Assembly: GCA_043824255.1 (NCBI GenBank)
Contig: JBDRTG010000031.1
Location: 1 to 21,752, forward strand
Source of the DNA: a bacterium
GTDB lineage: Bacteria > JAHJDO01
Reading direction: 5' to 3'
Length of the DNA stretch: 21,752 bases
This document shows positions 18,003-21,752 of the stretch, piece after piece. Numbering within the stretch: the first letter of the stretch is position 1; every line of letters begins with the position of its first letter. The position numbers and the translations under genes are program-made. The notes below the pieces were generated by a model. That model had not been told where the DNA came from. It was given only the letters and a program-made list of their open reading frames with translations, and searched no databases.

Positions 18003-19240
18003 TAAGAAAAATCGCTCAGCGTGCAAAGGATGCATCAAGAGTGTTGGCAACTCTTTCAACAGAAGAAAAAAATAAAGCTCTTCTGGCTATTGCCAATGGT
18101 GTTGGAAAAAATAGATCTAAAATTTTATCTGCGAATATCATTGATATCAAACATGCAAAGGGAAATAACCTCTCCCCTGCTTTAATAGACCGTCTAACTT
18201 TAACTCCACAGCGAATAAAAAATATTTGCAAATCTCTCAAACAACTAACTAAGCTCCCAGACCCTGTTGGCAGAATACTTAGCAAGACAACCATGCCAAA
18301 TAAATTAAGAATAGAAAAGGTAAGCGTACCTATTGGAGTTATAGGTATTATCTATGAATCCCGGCCTAACGTCACTGTGGACGCAGCAAGCCTTTGCCTA
18401 AAAGCCGGTAATGCTGTTATTCTTCGCGGAGGAAAAGAATCCATAAACTCAAACCTTGCCTTATACCACACCATGATAAACAGCCTGCGAAAAACAAAAG
18501 TTCCTCCTAGTTCCATTCGAATGATAAAAAGCACTGATCGTAAAATGGTGAATCACATGTTAAAAATGGATAAATACATTGATCTTATAATTCCGCGCGG
18601 AGGTGCTGGCCTTATACAATTTGTTGCTAAGAACTCTACTATTCCTGTAATTAAACATAGTGACGGAATATGTCACACTTATGTTGATAAATACGCAGAT
18701 ATTGATATTGCAAAAGCTGTATGTTTTAATGCGAAAGTCCAGCGTCCGGGAGTATGCAATGCAATGGAGACGCTTCTTGTTCATAAAGATATCGCTAAGG
18801 TCTTTCTGCCTCAGATGATAGATATGTTCAGGAATGCAGGCGTTGAAATAAGAGGCTGTAGAAAAACCAAAGGAATTGTCCCTGAGGTAAAACTAGCAAA
18901 GGAGAAAGATTGGTCAACTGAATATCTTGACTTAATACTTTCCATAAAGATAGTGTCTTCAGAAAAAGAAGCGATCAATCATATTAACACATATGGATCC
19001 TGTCATTCTGACGCTATAATTACAAAAGATAGTTCATCTGCAGACAGGTTTCTGGAAGAAGTAGACTCTGCTACTGTATATGTCAACTCATCTACCCGAT
19101 TTACTGATGGCGGCGAATTTGGCTTAGGCGCTGAAATTGGCATAAGCACAGGCAAGTTACATGCCAGAGGACCTATGGGACTGGAAGAACTCACAACCTA
19201 CAAATATCTTATATTCGGCAATGGCCAGGTGCGGGAGTAG
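17999..19240 (+). CDS. proA: Glutamate-5-semialdehyde dehydrogenase
   Basis: IYESRPNVT, ILRGGKE, CNAMETLLVH, STRFTDG and KLHARGPMGL. Confidence 0.97.
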   Translation: MIRKIAQRAKDASRVLATLSTEEKNKALLAIANGVGKNRSKILSANIIDIKHAKGNNLSPALIDRLTLTPQRIKNICKSLKQLTKLPDPVGRILSKTTMPNKLRIEKVSVPIGVIGIIYESRPNVTVDAASLCLKAGNAVILRGGKESINSNLALYHTMINSLRKTKVPPSSIRMIKSTDRKMVNHMLKMDKYIDLIIPRGGAGLIQFVAKNSTIPVIKHSDGICHTYVDKYADIDIAKAVCFNAKVQRPGVCNAMETLLVHKDIAKVFLPQMIDMFRNAGVEIRGCRKTKGIVPEVKLAKEKDWSTEYLDLILSIKIVSSEKEAINHINTYGSCHSDAIITKDSSSADRFLEEVDSATVYVNSSTRFTDGGEFGLGAEIGISTGKLHARGPMGLEELTTYKYLIFGNGQVRE

Positions 19241-19245
19241 ATATA

Positions 19246-19827
19246 ATGCGCATTGGTATTATGGGCGGTACTTTTAATCCCATTCATTATGGGCATCTTG
19301 TAAGCGCTTCTGAAGTCTGCAATAAATTTAAACTTGACAATGTAATATTTATTCCTTCGGCCCTTAATCCCCTCAAAAATACTTCCAATCTTGCTGACAC
19401 TCATTATCGCCTTAAGATGATAAAATTAGCAATAGCTGGTAATCCTTTGTTTGAGGCTTCAGACATTGAAATAAAAAGAGGAGGCGCATCATATACTATA
19501 GATACGATTAAAGCATTTGTAAAAAAATATGGCAAAGATGTTAATATATATTTCATAATAGGCGCAGATGCTTTTTTGGAAATAAATAGCTGGGCATCTC
19601 CGGATGCGCTTTTAAAAATGTGTAAGTTTATAGTAACGACTCGTCCGGGATATGATGTTAAAAAAGCAAAATATGTTTTCAAGAAGTATACTGAAATGAC
19701 GGAGATTACCTATCTTGCAATCTCTTCTTCCGACATTCGAAAGAGAATAAAATCAGGCGCTCCGATAAAATACTTATTGCCTGAGAGTGTTGAAGATTAT
19801 ATATACAAACATAGACTCTATAGATAA
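19246..19827 (+). CDS. nadD: Nicotinate-nucleotide adenylyltransferase
   Basis: GGTFNPIHYGH, SYTIDT, FIIGAD and ISSSDIR. Confidence 0.95.
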   Translation: MRIGIMGGTFNPIHYGHLVSASEVCNKFKLDNVIFIPSALNPLKNTSNLADTHYRLKMIKLAIAGNPLFEASDIEIKRGGASYTIDTIKAFVKKYGKDVNIYFIIGADAFLEINSWASPDALLKMCKFIVTTRPGYDVKKAKYVFKKYTEMTEITYLAISSSDIRKRIKSGAPIKYLLPESVEDYIYKHRLYR

Positions 19828-19830
19828 TAG

Positions 19831-20184
19831 AATAAGCAGGTCTGTAAGCCGGGTTCTGTAATAATTGACCATCTATCTTGCACCGATGTTGCCACCGACA
19901 TCTAGCGGTTTACCCAAGGGTTAAATTGAGACGAGCAGTCTCTTCCCTCTTACTTATCCTTTCTCCAGATGGGGTTTGCCATGCGTCTGATATCGCTATC
20001 AGATCGGTGTGCTCTTACCACACCATTTCAACTTTACCAAACGCCCAACTAGGCACTTGGAAGTTTACTTTCTGTTGCACTTTCCTTGGAATCGCTTCCA
20101 TCCCAGGTTATGGGACATCTTGCTCTCTGGAGCCCGGACTTTCCTCCCCGACATACATCGAGGCGGTCAACCGACCTGCTTATT
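19831..20184 (-). ncRNA. rnpB: RNase P RNA (bacterial type A)
   Basis: Minus strand has GAGGAAAGTCCGGGCTC, GAAAGTGCAACAGAAA, GGCAAACCCC and ACAGAACCCGGCTTA. The terminal P1 helix is AATAAGCAGGTC paired with GACCTGCTTATT. Confidence 0.96.
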
Positions 20185-20581
20185 TGTGCATTTCTAAAGA
20201 TTTGCTAGCTAATTTATCAGCTTCCTTATTACCACTGCGTTCTATATATGTAATATTAAACTTTGTAAATCCATTTTCCAGATGTTGAACCTGTTTATAT
20301 AAGCGAAATAGGTTATTATCCTTGACTTTGTAAACACCTTGTATTTGCCTTGTAATAAGCTCGCTATCTGTAAAAATAGTAATATTCTGCACTCTCATAA
20401 TCAGAGCTTCTTGCATAGCAAAAATTACAGCCATGTACTCAGCCACATTATTTGTTGTCACTCCTATGTATTGAGAATATTCCTTTATTTTCTTTCCTTT
20501 GCAAAAAAGCACAATACCAATACCTGCTTTTCCTGGATTACCTGCTGATGCCCCATCAACGTATATAGTTAACTCCTCCAT
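20180..20581 (-). CDS. rnhA: Ribonuclease HI family protein
   Basis: YVDGASAGNPG, TNNVAEY, TDSEL and NKEADKLA carry the four acidic catalytic residues. Confidence 0.9.
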   Translation of the reverse strand: MEELTIYVDGASAGNPGKAGIGIVLFCKGKKIKEYSQYIGVTTNNVAEYMAVIFAMQEALIMRVQNITIFTDSELITRQIQGVYKVKDNNLFRLYKQVQHLENGFTKFNITYIERSGNKEADKLASKSLEMHK

Positions 20582-21301
20582 CTAATTATCTTCCTTTATA
20601 TACAGTATACGCGAACATCTCTCACATACAGTAATTTCATTACCAGTCTTTGTATTATTTATAATTTGTGGAGGTAATTCCATATGACAACCTCCACATG
20701 TTCCGTCACTAATATTTACAATCCCCACTCCGTTCTTCAAATCTCTAATTCTTTCATATTTGGCCACAGTAGCAACGTCTACAGTACAAACTAAATTCTT
20801 GCGCCCATCTCGTCTTTTTTGAAGTTCCTGTTCAAACTGGGCTATTTTCTTCTTATTCTCTTGCCCTTCTTGTTCAAGTTTTCCATTCTCCAACTTAATC
20901 TCCTCTGCCTTTTTTTCTATATTTTCATGCGCTACATCTGATTGCTCCATTAATAAGAGAATCTCATCTTCCAGTATAGAATTTTTCTCTTGTATTTGTT
21001 CAATCTCATGCTGCAGAGAAGTATATTCTTTATTAGTCTTAACAGAATACTGTTGTGTTTTATATTTCTTTATTGCTTCTGCACCACTGTCAAGCTCGAC
21101 CTCTTTCAATTTTCTATTCTTCTGAATTTCAACAAGCTCTGACTCTAAAACTGCTAACTCGTCTTTCTTTGCCTCAAAACTCCTATGATGAGCATCCATT
21201 TCTTTAGGTATTCTTTTTATCTCTGTATCCAAATTTTGTATTTGCACATCTAAATCCTGGACCTTGACTAGTAACTCAATATCATTCTCTAGACCTGTCA
21301 T
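20582..21301 (-). CDS. Coiled-coil protein with C-terminal C4 zinc ribbon (DUF164/CT398-like)
   Basis: Long E/K-rich coiled coil with KTNKEY, CGGCHM and CERCSRILY. Typical position upstream of RNase HI. Confidence 0.88.
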   Translation of the reverse strand: MTGLENDIELLVKVQDLDVQIQNLDTEIKRIPKEMDAHHRSFEAKKDELAVLESELVEIQKNRKLKEVELDSGAEAIKKYKTQQYSVKTNKEYTSLQHEIEQIQEKNSILEDEILLLMEQSDVAHENIEKKAEEIKLENGKLEQEGQENKKKIAQFEQELQKRRDGRKNLVCTVDVATVAKYERIRDLKNGVGIVNISDGTCGGCHMELPPQIINNTKTGNEITVCERCSRILYIKEDN

Positions 21302-21471
21302 TTACTTTTACCTTTCTCTTTGCCTTGAACGCTCTTCTCTATGTCAGCTTCCTTTTTCCTATAACACTCCTCACAATTATAAATCGCTCTTGCTTGTGTC
21401 CTATCATAGCCTTTCTCAAGAACAATCCTCTTTACCTTGAGAACCTCTTTACCACACGTATCGCACTTCAT
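21298..21471 (-). CDS. Small hypothetical CxxC/CxxC protein, 57 aa (absent from the ORF track)
   Basis: Manual translation: MKCDTCGKEVLKVKRIVLEKGYDRTQARAIYNCEECYRKKEADIEKSVQGKEKGKSK*. SD-like GAGGG upstream. Its TGA overlaps the next ATG (ATGA). Confidence 0.75.
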   Translation of the reverse strand: MKCDTCGKEVLKVKRIVLEKGYDRTQARAIYNCEECYRKKEADIEKSVQGKEKGKSK

Positions 21472-21492
21472 ATCTGCCCTCGCTCCATTTAG

Positions 21493-21564
21493 TGGGCGAT
21501 ACTGGGTTTGAACCAGTGACTTCTACTCTGTGAAAGTAGCACTCTACCACTGAGTTAATCGCCC
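21493..21564 (-). tRNA. tRNA-Val (anticodon CAC), CCA not encoded
   Basis: Cloverleaf: acceptor GGGCGAT/ATCGCCC, D stem ACTC/GAGT, anticodon arm CTACT-TTCACAG-AGTAG, T arm ACTGG-TTCAAAC-CCAGT. Discriminator A followed by CTA. Confidence 0.95.
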
Positions 21565-21579
21565 AAAAACCCACAGAAG

Positions 21580-21608
21580 CTTATATCACAAAAAATTTAT
21601 ATTTTCAA
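21580..21608 (-). promoter_or_regulatory. Candidate sigma70 promoter of the tRNA-Val...rnpB unit
   Basis: TTGAAA (21608-21603), 17 bp, TATAAG (21585-21580) with a TGn extension, ending 15 bp before the tRNA. Confidence 0.65.
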
Positions 21609-21613
21609 CTTAC

Positions 21614-21752
21614 TGTCAAGCCAAAATAGAAATGTCCTATTCTTACCAAAGTAGAAATGTCCTATTTTGTTAAGATTAGTAGTAGTAAGTTTTTCTTTTT
21701 GATCAAACTTTTTCTTTTTGTTAATTCTGTGCATATTGTGGATAACTCCTTG
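21614..21752. mobile_element. Terminus of a probable IS1202/ISNCY-like insertion sequence, truncated by the window edge
   Basis: Begins TGTCAAG and is followed by two 21-bp direct repeats. A TGT end with repeated AAATGTC-type transposase sites is characteristic of IS1202/IS481-related DDE elements. No transposase can be confirmed in the window. Confidence 0.65.
21621..21666 (+). repeat. Two 21-bp direct repeats with 25-bp period (putative transposase-binding sites)
   Basis: CCAAAATAGAAATGTCCTATT (21621-21641) and CCAAAGTAGAAATGTCCTATT (21646-21666), 20/21 identical. Confidence 0.9.

Noticed and set aside
188..19682. Many 60-172 aa antisense or alternate-frame ORFs (e.g. 17156..17674, 11826..12233, 12837..13211)
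   Set aside because: They are shadows of well-supported genes with no recognisable motifs.
19878..20288. Plus-strand ORFs of 136 aa and 62 aa
   Set aside because: They are antisense to RNase P RNA and rnhA and show no protein motifs.
21591..21619. Hybrid promoter using the IS-terminal TTGACA
   Set aside because: No credible -10 at 16-18 bp spacing; the nearest TATAAA is only 12 bp away.
21621..21666. CRISPR array
   Set aside because: Only two repeats separated by 4 bp and no cas genes; it fits a transposon end better.
21728..21745. DnaA box TGTGGATAA (21737-21745) plus an adjacent one-mismatch box, suggesting oriC
   Set aside because: There is only one perfect box, it lies inside the IS-like segment at the window edge, and no dnaA or dnaN is nearby. 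The minus strand reads RSYPQYAQN*, which may be a transposase tail.

Overview
Low-GC bacterial chromosomal segment, mostly housekeeping genes, with mobile DNA at both edges. Left edge (minus strand): a complete integron-type gene cassette carrying an acetamidase/formamidase-family gene. It has a canonical 72-bp attC, a matching GTTGGAC core site at its 5' end and a candidate sigma70 promoter just upstream, but no integrase gene nearby. An IS1182-like element appears to start immediately after the GTT of the attC crossover site. Upstream on the minus strand is the run yqeK-argS-lpdA-ABC transporter (broken by one in-frame TGA)-DUF1854-like gene-AEC transporter. A plus-strand block follows: GT-C glycosyltransferase, pta, rpmF, plsX, fabH, fabD, MtaA/CmuA-type methyltransferase, rplI, obgE, proB, proA, nadD. 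It converges on a minus-strand unit: tRNA-Val(CAC), a 57-aa CxxC/CxxC protein missing from the ORF track, a coiled-coil zinc-ribbon protein, RNase HI and RNase P RNA. The right edge holds a probable IS1202/ISNCY-like end 5 bp upstream of the tRNA -35 box. Family assignments come from recognised motifs; no searches were run.
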